Shown piece after piece: positions 23,865-36,131 of a DNA stretch of 64,000 nucleotides. This DNA is from Glaucostegus cemiculus (taxonomy: Eukaryota): assembly GCA_976551045.1 (NCBI GenBank), contig CDPCPM010000029.1, forward strand, positions 21,762,001-21,826,000. The letters are read 5' to 3'. How positions within the stretch are numbered: position 1 is the first letter of the stretch; every line of letters starts with the position of its first letter. Both the position numbers and the translations under genes were made by a program. A model generated the notes under the pieces. That model was not told the origin of the DNA and searched no databases. It saw nothing but the letters and a program-made list of their open reading frames with translations.

Positions 23865-25125
23865 GAAAGACAAATGTTTGGACTAATGTATTGGGCAATG
23901 AAAAAGAGGCAGAACTATTTAGACTATTTAAAACAGAATCAATTGCAATGTTGGAAGTATAAATGCACAAGGAGATGAGCTTCAGTAACTCTTTTCTCGT
24001 TCTAATTATGTATAATTTATAAAATGTCAGTACTTTAAAGGCTCAATATATTTTCTTGCTGGATATGGAAATAACCCATTGAAAAGAAAGATAACTGTCA
24101 GTTCTTAGTATGGTCTTTTCAAGTATTATAATTTTAGCAAGATAACCCACATGTCCACTGTTTAATCATGTATGTAAACTGAATTTTGAACATGCCTCAG
24201 GCCTGAACTAATCCACAGTTTAATGCAGTTTAACTCTGGCAATGGTGTATGATATATACTCTCACATAACTAATTGCCCTTTCTTATTATTAAACCAAGG
24301 ACACAAGTATTTGATCATGTAGTACATACAATGCTCTGGGCACCTCATTTTATAGCTCAGTTGTACTATTGCTTTAGAATAATGTAAAGTGGTTTTGGCT
24401 TTGGATGAGTGAAGACTGCACTGGATCTTACATTGAAGTCTGTGGATTGGATCCTGGATAGTAAAATGAGTGACTCGGAAAAAGATATTTTACATCACTT
24501 GGTTTCATATCACTTGTAATAGGTGTGAAATAAACTTTAATGACTGGCTTCATCTGGAAACTTTCCATCTGTAATTTTAACCTACTTGGTGTGGGTTTTC
24601 ATGTGGTCTGAAAATGTTACCAGTTGTTGGACATTGTTGAATAGAGATATGCACTTATGGCTCGGAAAAATGCTCTCAGGGTTTCACTTGGTTGAATAGA
24701 ATTACAGAGTATCTGTACATCTCCAATGTCAGTTCTGGTATTTTTAGTTTAACAGTCCATTGCTGAGACCTCTTTGATTGATATTTTACTGACAACTTGC
24801 AGTTACAAGTGACGAAGCAGTTAAATGTTGTGGAGCTGCATTCCCTGGGAACTTATACTACTAACAGCATGATCATAGACAGTGTGATCTCATGCAAGGC
24901 TATCACTTTACTTTAGGCTTGAAATGCTTTTTTCAGCACAAATGAGGTCCTAGAAGACCTTTTTATGCTACGCTTCTGGGCAGACATTGAGCTGGATGAC
25001 ATATTTCAGCAGGTCAATGACACATTTTTTTCATACCAGGGATATTGAAAAATAGAGTATCAGCATTATGCTGTGGTTTTTACAGTCACTGGGCATGAAT
25101 CAAATAAAGCACATCTGGAAAAAGG
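23865..25125 (+). other. Putative terminal exon of the + transcript
   Basis: Strong acceptor tgttttattttacag|G, then ~1.2 kb free of recognisable repeats with AATAAA at 24529 and 25103. Confidence 0.4.
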
Positions 25126-25479
25126 TACAAAGGGAACAAGAAAGCACAAATTCAATTGGGAAGTTGGTTGGCTTCTTCAACAAGCATATTACATATACGG
25201 TAGAGAATCAGATTGGTGAATGAAATGGCATTCTGTGTGAAAGCAACATAATTGTTTTGAAAACACCCGTTCAATATTCTAAGGCAAGTCAAGCTAGAAA
25301 TTACAGTAAGGATAAACGTTGGGCATAGAAAACATGTTAAAACTTTCTCATGATGAAAGATTTGCTGGAAAAATAGGCACATTGACAATCTTTGCTCACT
25401 CCATGAAGATGGCACTGGACCTTAAAGAGATAAAAATCAGTTTAATGCATTTGAGTGGCTGACTGGATCTCTGTGTGGG

Positions 25480-26350
25480 GCAAAAACAGAAAATGCGAGA
25501 AGTACTCGGCAGATCAGGCCGCAGCTGTGGGAGGAGGAAGGGAACAGAGTTAATGTTTCAGGTCAGAGACCCTTCATCAGAACTGAAAAGGAGCCAAAAG
25601 GAAGTTGTATAACTACAGGGTCAGGGCTTGGGGGAGTGGAATTCTCAGATAGGGTAAAACCGGGATGATAATGATAAGTTGTAAAACAAGGTTGCCTGGT
25701 TAATGAGTTAATGGGAGCAGCTAGAGTGTGAGAACATAGACAGGAGTACATAGACAAAAGAAAGTGGGAGTTGTGAAATGTAGAACAGGAAGGTAGAAGT
25801 GGGCTCTGTGAGGCTGGGACACTATAAGACTGGAAGCTGTGGAGGGAAAGGTCACCCGAGGAAATGAAGCCCATGATTGTTTGGGTGACTATGGCCTGAT
25901 GTTCAATGGTGGGGTCATGGTCCAAACAGAGCTACAAGGAGGTGCCTGAAATCTAGCCTCTGCAGGACAGATTTCAGCTTTATTGCCTTCCTTTCTTTTT
26001 TCTTTAGGAGTGGATGATGTGCCCAGCCTGACTAGCTGGGCATGTCCTCCTGATCTGCATTTCACAACTCCCATCTTCTTTTGTCTATGTTCTCACACTC
26101 TAACTGCTGCCATTCACTCATGGACCAGATAATGTTATTTACAGCTTATCCCCATGGTCACACCAGTTTTATCCTATCAGGAACATCACCCTCCCTGTAG
26201 CTTTATAACCTTCTTTTGTCCCCTTTTTAGCTCTGATGAAAGGTCTCCATTGAGTCTGTTTCTCTTCCCTCAGATACTGCCTGACCTGTTGAGCATTTCC
26301 AGCATTTTCTGATTTTGTTTTAGAATTTCCAGCATTTACAGTTGTTTTGC
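25480..26350. mobile_element. Penelope-like element with inverted terminal repeats
   Basis: The minus arm has a hammerhead (25548-25584) and a PLE ORF remnant (DHDPTIEHQAIV..TI..FISSGDL). The plus arm ends cagatactgcctgacctgttgagcatttccagc. Confidence 0.75.
25548..25584 (-). ncRNA. Type I minimal hammerhead ribozyme motif (PLE-associated)
   Basis: Minus strand: agtt CUGAUGA agggucucugaccu GAAA cau u aacu. Core and stems I and II are intact. The ACGU palindrome of stem III has become ACAU. Confidence 0.65.
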
Positions 26351-26599
26351 TTTTCACACTTTGCAAGGCAGTTGGGGTCAACCACATTGGGACTGGAAAC
26401 ATGTAGATCAGATTGGGGATTGATGGCTAATTTCTCTTCCTATAGCATATTAGTGGACCCATTGATTTCTGGCAACAGTTTCATAGTACCATTTGACTTG
26501 TTGTAGCTTATTTTAATTCCTCAAATAAAGACAAATTCAAAAACAGCTCTGATGGGTTTTGTACTCACATTATAACAATTGTTCAAGGGAGAAATTATT

Positions 26600-28700
26600 C
26601 AAGTAAGTTCAAAGGAGATTGCACGGCAAGTTCTTTTTACACACAGAGAGTGGTGGGTGCCTGGAAAGCACTGTCAGAGGTGGGAGTGGAGGCAAATATG
26701 ACAGAGGTGTTTAAAAGGCTCTTAGATGGGTACATGAACGTGCAGAGAATGGAGGTATTTGGACATTTTGTAGGCAGAAGGGATTAATTTAGTTAAGCAT
26801 TTAATTACTAGTTTAATTCGTGCGACACAACATTGTGCACTGAAGGGCCTATTCCAAAGGTGCTGCACTGTTCTATGTTCTAATTATTAATCTATTACTA
26901 CCCCTCCCCAGGAAAGTTAATTAAAAAATGAGACTAAGTGCATCATTCTTGCAGCATGTGATTAGCTGAATGACCTTCTACACTTTTGTATGATATGATC
27001 TGTTGATATAGTGGAATGTGTCATATGACATTCCTCTGATCACTATTTAACAGAGATTGTACCGACTTCATCACTTGAATGTAATTACAGAACCATAGAA
27101 ACTTACTCAGAAAGAATGCCAGAATAATGAGAGGCAACTAAACTGAAGCATGTAAGATTTTGAGAAGGCTGGTAGGGTGGATGCTGGGAAGGTCCTTCCT
27201 CAATGTGGTAATCTAAAACTTGGAGAAACATTTTCATTATAAGGATATAACCAGTTAAGATCAAGATGAGGAAAAATTTCTTCTGGTGAAGGGCTATGGA
27301 TCTTCAGAATTCTCTGCCCCAGTGAGCTTTAAATGCTGAGTCATAAAATATATTCAGGGCTGAAACAGATTTTTAGACTCAACAGGAATCAGTGAATGAG
27401 GGGATAACGCAGGAAAGTAGGGGTAAGGCCAAAAATCAGATCAGCCATCATCAGATTAAACGGCTGAAGAGGTTTGTCCTACTCCCGCCTCTCTTGTTTT
27501 AATGTCAGGCACAATGTGCACAGACAAGTCAAAAATTAGGTTCATATCCCAGGTGTCACTTCCTGGTCCATTGTTTTGTAATTAACAGCTCTTGAAGTGC
27601 TGCTCCATTTTTAAAGGTGTTGCAAGTTTCTGCCTCCATCAGCTTTTCAGTGAGCTCCAGGCCTCGACTGATGATGGGTTGAAAAAGATTTTCTCAACAC
27701 CCCTCCAGTCATACCCCTAGTTATTGATTGCTAATAAAAAGATCCTCACTGTTCCTTCCAACCTAGCCCCCTCAGGATCTTCAGCACCACAGTAAAATTC
27801 ATCCCCTATCTCTCTTGTTCCAAAGAAAACAATTCCAGCCTGGCCAGTCTTTCCTCATAAGCAAAGTTCCCCAATCCTGGCAGCATCCTTGTGAAAATAT
27901 GAAAATAGTGCAGGAGGAGGCTACTTGGACCTCAAACCTCAGAGAACTGAGGGCTATGCATAACTTTCTTGGGCCTCTATTCCTCTGGCAGTTCTGCATA
28001 GCTCTCAATTCCCTGATCTTTCAAAAATGTATCTACACCTTCTGTTAAAATACTTCCAGTGACCCAGTCCCCACAGTCTCACAGGATAGAATCTCATCTG
28101 CCACTTCCCTCAGAACATCACATCCTTCCTGTAGAATAGTTTCTAGAAATGTGCACAGTACTCTGTTCAACTGGTGGTTTAACTGGCTTTATAAACTTCT
28201 AGCATGACCCCTCTGTGCTTGTTTTGTAAGCCTGTCATGAATAGCAAGTATCCTGAGTGCCTTCTTACTCATTTCCTCCTGAATTGCTTCCTTTTAGCAT
28301 CCTTGGTCGTGCACTCCAAGACCCACTGGTCATCCTCCCTTATTCTCCTGTGCCTTGTTTGCCCTCTGGAACATCACTACACACATCTCTGAATTGAATT
28401 GTATTTGCAACTATTCTGCCCAAGTGATCAGTCCATTGAATCAGCCTGGAGTCAGCCCTGCACATGAATTTATATCATTCCTATATATTCCATAAAACAC
28501 GAATCCCAGTTCTGAACACAGCAGAACCCAACTGTGTGTAGCCCTTCACTTACTAAAGCTCCTGCCAGCTATTATTCTTTGCTTTTGGCTACTCAACTAA
28601 TTGTTAATCCAACTGGCCAGTTTCTTTTGCATTCCAGAAGCTTTTAATTGTTTATCAGTCTGAACTGGGGTATTTTGTCAATAAACGAAATTAGTTTAAA
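26600..28700. mobile_element. Cluster of old CR1 fragments (+ at 26600-26880 and 27110-27500; - at ~27600-28700)
   Basis: cacagagagtggtgggtgcctgg..., gatgaggaaaaatttcttc..., and CR1-type tails. Confidence 0.7.
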
Positions 28701-29809
28701 GCATGTGAATAAAGTAGTTAAGAACATTTAAGTAAAGTGATTCAGCAAAATGTTACCAATTCCTTGTTCCCCAAGCTGGAGGTCCACTGAAATTCACGGG
28801 ATCCCAAATTCTGGGTCAGCTATGACCTGGCATGGGATCTGAGTGGAGTTTCAACACCATCATGCAGGAGAAAGCCAGCAGGACTGTGCACCATCGCTAG
28901 GCTCCATGTGGTGGAGCATAGGGACAGATGCTGTGCCGTCTGTCACTCAGTATGTCTCAGGCCTCCGCATTTGGCAGACTGTGTGCAGGAATCGAAGACT
29001 AAGAGGAGTTTAAAGGGCTGAATGTCGACAACTTGATCGAAAACACCTACTCCAGTCAGCACAATTCATCCCAATCAAGTTAGTCAGATGCAAACTTCCA
29101 TCATCATATTCATGCTGAGTGTCCTTGATTAACCAGTGCCTCTCTCACTGCGATTCATACTGTCCCTCAGAATATTCTCCAATAGTTTGCCCTCCACCCT
29201 TCATTCCTTTCCAATCTTCTGACACTATGCCTGCACACAAATAGAATAGGAAAATCAAGGTCAATTCTTCCTCTATTTTCTCTCTTGTTCCTTAAAGAGA
29301 TTAGTACATTTTATTCAGTTTATTTAGTTTTATGGATGCTAACATCCTTAATATGTCATCTTTCTCAATATTTATTATATCCAATATTTCCCATTTTTCC
29401 TCCTTTATTTCAATGTCTGTATCATCCCCCTCTTGTATGAACTCAGACACAAAATACTCATTTAGAACCAAAAATGTTTTGCACCCATTCAGGTTTTCAA
29501 TTCAAATGGGGCTCACTCTTTTTTTTTGTCATTTAAGCATTTAAGAAACAATCCCTTTCTTTCCATTTATTTATATACTAACATTTAGTGCTGCCTTATT
29601 ATGCAAATCATGCAAATTTAACTAATCGAAGAGAAGCCTCAAAATGACTGGACAAATATATCTGAGCAGTGACAAAAAATCTTATCAAAATGAGAGGGGA
29701 ATTTCTATGCCCAGGTGGGAAGGCAGCAGGACACCTGGAAGAATAGTTTTGAGGGATGCCCAGCTGGTTTCAGGCTGTCTACCTCAGCTAGTCCCATTTG
29801 CTTGAGTTT

Positions 29810-30832
29810 GGCCTCAGTAATAATCAACAAGCTCCAAAACCCAGGCATCTGTACCTCCCTCTGCAACTGGATCCTCAACTTCTTTATTGAGAGACCACAG
29901 TCAGGGCAGATCGGTAGGAACATCGTCTTGCTGATTTGGTATGTCACCAAAAACTCTTGCAAATTTCTACAGATGTACAGTGGAGAGCATTTTGACTGGT
30001 TGCATCACTGCCTGGTATGGGGGCTCCAATGCGCAGGATGGAAAGAGGCTGCAGAGGGTTCTAGACTCATCCAACTCCATCACAGGCACAAAGATCCCCA
30101 TCATTGAGGATATCTTCAGGAGGTGGTGCCTCAAGAAAGTGGTATCCATCATTAAGGACCATCACCACCCAGGACATGCTCTCTTCACGTTACTACCATT
30201 GGGGAGGAGGTACAGGGGCCTGAAGACCCACACTCAATGATTCAGGAACAGCTTCTTCCCCTCTGCCATCAGATTTCTGAATGGTCCATGAACATTATCT
30301 TATTATTCCTCTTTTGCACTATTTATTTATTTTTGTAACTTAAAGTAATTTTTATGTCTGGCACTATACTGCTGCCACAAAACAACAAATTTCACGGCCT
30401 ATGTCAGTGAATATAAAGACACAAGAAATTCTGCAGATGCTGGAATCTGGAGCAATACACTAAAAGTGCTGTAAGAACTCAGCCTGTCAGACAGCATCTA
30501 TGGAGGGAAATAAACAGTTGATGTTTTGGGCCGAGACCCTTCATCAGAACTGGAAAGGAAGAGGGCAGAAGCCAGAATAAGAAGATGGGGTGAGGGGAAG
30601 GAGCACATGCAGGCAGGGAACAGGTGAGTTCAGGTGATAGGCAAGTCCAGATGAGAGGGGGAAGGGAGGTGGGCGGGGAGAGGGAGAAGATATCATAAGC
30701 CAAGGGGTGATAGATAGAAGAAGCAAAGGGCTGAATTCCTGTTTATTTCCCTCCATAGAGGCTGCCTGACCTGTTGAGTTCCTCCAGCACTTTTTGTGTC
30801 AATGATAATAAACCTGATTCTGATTCCGATTC
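29810..30832 (+). mobile_element. Internally deleted Rex1/Babar LINE, with a PLE insertion in its tail
   Basis: ORF 29941-30240 reads NFYRCTVESILTGCITAWYG...HPGHALFTLLP.GRRYR. The (attctg) tail resumes at 30797-30832. Confidence 0.9.
30415..30797. mobile_element. Penelope terminal-repeat fold-back element
   Basis: Inverted arms ctatggagggaaataaacag / ctgtttatttccctccatag, with a CpG-decayed hammerhead at 30515-30552 (-). Confidence 0.8.
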
Positions 30833-30834
30833 CA

Positions 30835-31600
30835 GGTTTGGCCCATATCCTCCTAAACCTTCCCTTGCCACGTACCTGTCCAAATGGCTTTTCAATGCTG
30901 AACTGTACCCACCTCTACAGCCTCCTCTAACAGCTCATTACATATAACCACCACCCTCTGTGTGAAAAAGTTGTCCCTCATGTCTCCTTTAAATCGTTCC
31001 CCTCTCAATCTTAAATTTATGCCCTTTAATTTTAGACTTCGCTACCCTCGGAAAAAGACTGTAGCCATCCACCTTATCTTTGCCACTCATGATTTTATAA
31101 ACCTCTATAAGGTCATTCCTTGGCCTCCTACACATTCCCAGCCTATCCAAACACTGCTTATAACTCATGTCCTCCAATCCTGATAACATCCTTGTGAATC
31201 TTTTTCTGCACCCTTTGTAGCTTAATGATGTCCTTTCTAAAGATAGGTGATTAGAAGTGCACATAATACTCCAAGTATGGTATCACCAGTGTCCAGTACA
31301 GTAGTAACATGAGATCCCAACTCCTGCACTCAATGTCCTAATCAATGAAGACAAGCATGTCAAATGCCTTCTTCACCACTCTGTCTACCTGTGTCTCCAC
31401 TTTCAGGGAAGTACGTACCTGTACCCTTGGTCTACAACACTCTCCAGAGCCCTACCATTTACTGTGTAAATCCTGTTTGGCTTAATTTACCAAAGTGCAA
31501 CAGGTGGATGGCAGATGGAATTTAACTTGGACAAGTGCACCTCGCACATGTCCAAGTTAAATTTCATCTTCCATTCTCTGGCCCACTTCCCCAACTGATC
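30835..31600 (-). mobile_element. CR1 fragment
   Basis: ORF 30989-31264 reads KRFTRML.GLE..Y..LDRLG...DLIEVYKIM. Confidence 0.85.
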
Positions 31601-32558
31601 TATTTTCCATTTTTCCCTTTCTGTTCTACTCATGTTAAGGTGGCATGGGAGGAAGAACATCACGTGAAACTCCATAAGACCATAAGATATATGAGCAGAA
31701 TTAGGCTATTTGGCCCATCGAGTCTTCTCTGCCATTTAGTCATGGTTAATTTCTTTTCTGAAAGTCAAAGTTGAGTTTGTCATATGCACGAGTACATATA
31801 TGCACAGGTGCAATGGAAAACTTACTTGCAGCAATATCACAGGCACATAGCATCATATAAGCAGCAATCACAAGGAAAACATAAATTGAGCACAAATTAT
31901 CCAGAATTTGTGCAAGAAAGAACACAATTAGAATAAATAAAAACAAAGCCCATCATGGTGCAAAGTGAGTAAAATGGTCATAGTGTTGCTAAACTGTAGT
32001 GAATAGGGTTTTGCCAATTAGTTCAAGAACCGAATGATTGAAGGGAAGTAGCTGTTCTTGGACCTAGTGGTGTGCGACTTCAGGTTTCTCTACTTCCTGC
32101 CCGCTGGTAGCTACTAGAAAATGGCATGGCTTGGATGGTGGGGATCTTTGATGATAAATATTGCCTTCTTGAGGCAGCACCTCATGTAGATACTACCAAT
32201 GATGGGGAGTGATGTACTTGAGTCCACTATACTTTACAGTTTCTTACATCCTGCACATTCAGATTTCCAATACCAAACCATGATGCAATCAGTCAAGATA
32301 CTTTCAAAAGTACATCTGTAGAAGTTTGTTAGTGTTTGGTGACATACCAAACATCCTTAACCTCGTAAGAAATTAAAGACCCTGATGCACATTCATTGTG
32401 ATTGCATCCATGTGCTGGGCCCAGGATAGATCATCAGATACATTAACGCCCAGGAATTTAAAGCTGCTGATTCTCTCCACCGTTGATCCCCCAACGTGAA
32501 CTGGCACATGCTCACTCTTCTTATCCTTCCTGAAGTCAAGTCAGCTCTCTAAGTTTTA

Positions 32559-32721
32559 TGTTGGAACTTTCTTTTATATATATCATACTTTATTGCTTTT
32601 TTTATGATTACCTACGATTGTTACTTGATATTTCTATAATACATGTGTAAACATTGTTGTTATATATCTTAACCTGTATTGATTTGTTATCAATAAAAAA
32701 GATTGAAAGAGAAAGAAAGAA
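32559..32721 (+). mobile_element. L1-type 3'UTR retroinsertion with 16-bp target-site duplication
   Basis: agctctctaagtttta occurs at 32543-32558 and 32722-32737. The insert ends with AATAAA plus (GAAA)n. Confidence 0.8.
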
Positions 32722-33304
32722 AGCTCTCTAAGTTTTACTGACACTGAGCAAGAGGTTGTTGTTGCGGCACCACTCAACCAGGTGTCCTATCTTGCTCCTG
32801 TACGCTGACTTGTCGCCACCTGTGGTTCATCCAACAACAATAGTGTTGTCAGCGAATTTGTATATGGCATTGGAACTGTGCTTAGCTGCACAGTTATGTG
32901 TGTATTGAGAATAGAGCAGGGGGCTAAGCACACAGCCTTGAGATGCACCTGTGTTGATGGTCAGCGAGGAGGAGGTGTTACCAATCCTCACTGATTGAGG
33001 TCTACTGCTGAGGAAGTCAAGGATCAAGTTGCAGAGGGAGGTACAGAGGCCTGGGTCTTGAAGCTTGATGATGAGTTTGGATGGGATGATTGTGTTGAAC
33101 ACCAAGCTGTAGTCAATGAACAGCAGCCTGACGTATGTGTTCCTGTTGCCCAGATAGTCCTGACCAGACTGAAGAGCTGGAGAAATCACATATGCTATTG
33201 ATTTGTTGTGGTATTAGGCAAAATGAAGCAGATCCAGGTCATCTCTGAGGCAGGAGTTGATATGCGCCATAACTAACCTCTCAAAGCACTTCATTACAAT
33301 TGAT

Positions 33305-33564
33305 TTAAATGTTTTAAATTTAAATTTTATTTACAGTGTGGTAACAGGCCCCTTCGGCCTTCCGAGTCCACGCTGCCCATTTTAAATCCCCAAATTAACC
33401 TACACGTACGTCTTTCAGAATGTGGGAGGAAACCGGAGCACCCGGAGGAAACCCATACAGACACGGGAGAACGTACAAACTCCTTACAGACAGCGATGGG
33501 AATCAAAACCTGATCGCTGGCGCTGTAACAGGATCGCACTAACCGCTACGCTATCGTGCCGCCC
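33305..33564 (-). mobile_element. V-SINE (HE1-like), CR1-type tail, young
   Basis: CpG-rich head and V core; tail gaaggccgaaggggcctgttacc...(taaatt)n. Confidence 0.9.
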
Positions 33565-34229
33565 ATTGGATGGTGGACATCTAGGCAGGTGACCACATTC
33601 TTCTTGGGCACCGGTACAATAAAAATCAAGCCCATTCTCCTAGAAACCGCTAACCCCTATACTAACTTCCATGTCTTTCACCATTTAACAGTCTCATTGG
33701 CCAAGCACATTTTACAGTCCAGACTATAATAAAAAGACTATAGAAAAATTCCCATAAGCACCAAAATTGTAAAATCTCAAGTCTTTACCATATACGTCAA
33801 GCACATTTTCTCATAAAACTAAAGTATAAAAGAAAGCAGAACCAATCAAATCTGAGGAATAAATTGAATAGAAAAGTAAATATAAGGGAGCCAAAATCCA
33901 CGGATTGTGTTCGAATGTAATATGAACATGAGAATAAATGAAACTAGGAGCAAGAATAGACCATTTGGTCCCTCAAGCCTGCCCCAACATTCAATATGAC
34001 CATGAATGATTTGCCCCAGGCCTCACTTCACATTCTGTGCCAGTTCTCTCTGGTCCACAGTTCCATGATCTTTCAAAAATATGTCTACCAACAGAAAACA
34101 ATTGGATCCCTTAGGATTAAGTCTATTTCTGGGGTTTAATTTTTTTTGCATCATCTGGGTCTAAGAGGAGAGCATTTTCATCTCTACATTTCCAAGTCCT
34201 ACTCCAGATAGTTAGGCACACATGCTTTT

Positions 34230-34590
34230 GGCTGACATTCAGCTGCAACACTTAGGAAATGCTACTTTAACAGGTCCATCATTTGTCAATTAAACGGTAA
34301 AACTGAATCTCCACCTGCTCTCTCAATGGATGAGAAAGATCCCAGGGGATTATTTGAAGAGCAAAGGAGCTACACACAATCTTCTGTCTGATATTTGTCC
34401 TTTAATCAACGTCAATGAAAGATATTATCAGGCCATTGTGCCTGTAGAAGCTTAGTGTGTGAATTGGTATTAGTATTGGTTGACATGTTACCTACAGAAC
34501 AATATTAACTACATCTCAGATACTCTTCATTGGCTGATAGCACCTCGGGGCATTTTGAGGTCGTGATAGGTGTTGGAGAAGCTTAAGTCC
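34230..34590 (+). mobile_element. Ancient DeuSINE (SacSINE1/AmnSINE1-like)
   Basis: Deu-domain-like ...aaagatcccaggggattatttgaagagc... and tail ...ttcattggctgatagcacctcggggcattttgaggtcgtgatagg. Confidence 0.6.
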
Positions 34591-34860
34591 TTACTTTTAT
34601 GGTGGAATTTCCATCAACATTTACAAGGCAAATGATAACCAATGGATGGATACAGAGGATGAGATTCCATAACAATATCAGAAAGTGTAGCATCAAGATC
34701 CTGATCAAACTAAAGAATTTGTTTTAAAAAAAAAGGATATTGAAGATTGGTCCCTCATTATATGAAGATCATTAGAGGAGTTCTGAGGTGGGTTTGAACA
34801 ATCTCTTTTATCTCTTTTTTCCCGGACAGGTAGACTCCAGAGGTTCCAGCAGGCATGTAC

Positions 34861-36131
34861 ATCACAAGATCACAAGATCACAAGACAAGGGAGCAGAAGT
34901 AGGCCATTCAGCCCTTCGAGTCTGCTCCATGAGAAGAAGAGAAAACATAACATATCTATCCCCAATTTCCAGCCTTATCCCCATATCCCTTGATACCTTG
35001 ATTAATTAGGTACCTATCCAACTCCCCTTTAAATGCCCCCACTGACTGAGCCTCTACAGCTGTATGTGGCAGAGAATTCCACAATTCCACCACCCTCTGA
35101 CTAAAGTAATTTCTCCTCATCTCTGTTTTAAACTGGTTCCCTCTGATTCTAAGTCTGTGCCCTCTAGTCTTGGACTCACCCACCAAGGGAAGCAGCCTTT
35201 CCACATCTACTCTATCCATTCCTTTCAACATTCTAAATACTTCTATGAGGTCCCCCCTCATTCTTCTGTACTCCAATGAGTACAGTCCAAGAGCCGATAA
35301 ACGCTCATCATAGGTAAGCCCTTTCATACCAGGAATCATCCTTGTAAACCTCCTCTGAACCCTCTCCAACATCAGCACATCCCTTCTAAGGTGTGGGGCC
35401 CAAAACTGCACACAGTATTCCAAATGAGGACGTACCAGTGCTCCATAGAGCCTCATCATCACTTCCCTACTTCTATACACTATACCTCGCGAAATGAACA
35501 CCAACATAGCATTCGCTTTCTTTATCGCCGATCCGACCTGGTGGTTGACTTTTAGGGTGTCCTGCACGAGTACCCCCAAGTCCCTTTGTACTTCCGTACT
35601 TCGAATTTTCTTCCCATCTAGATAATAATCTGCCCGTTCATTTCTTTTGCGAAAGTGTACTACAGCACATTTGTCAACATTGAATTTCATCTGCCATTTC
35701 TTTGCCCATTCACCTAAACTATCCAAGTCCCTCTGCAACCTTCCTGCCTCTTCTATACTCCCTGCTCCACCGCCAATCTTGGTGTCATCCGCAAACTTAG
35801 CTGCAAAACCATTTACTCCATCATCCAAATCGTTAATATATAAAGTGAAAAGTAGTGGGCCCAACACCGACCCTTGCGGGACACCACTAGTAACCGGTCG
35901 CCATCCAGAACAGGATCCTTTTATTCCTACCCGTTGCTTTCTGCCTACCAGCCAATGCTCGACCCATTTTAATATCCTTCCTGTAATTCCATGAGTACTC
36001 ATCTTATTAATCAATCTCTGATGCGGCACCTTGTCGAAGGCCTTTTGAAAGTCTAAATACACAACGTCCACTGCCTCTCCCTTATCCACCCTACCTGAGA
36101 TTTCCTCAAAAAACTCCAATAGGTTGGTCAT
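34861..36131 (-). mobile_element. Young 5'-truncated CR1 LINE with an intact RT frame
   Basis: Uninterrupted 391-aa ORF with VDVVYLDFQKAFDKV, GVPQGSVLGPLLF and KFADD. CpGs are retained; (cttgtgat)n tail. Confidence 0.97.

Larger units (their letters stand above)
31762..33620 (-). mobile_element. Rex1/Babar LINE interrupted by L1-like and SINE insertions
   Basis: ORF 32827-33189 reads [17 protein letters not shown]...[20 protein letters not shown]. Confidence 0.9.

Noticed and set aside
23865-25125. Cyrano/OIP5-AS1 or MALAT1 orthologue
   Set aside because: No extended miR-7 site, triple-helix U-tracts or mascRNA found.
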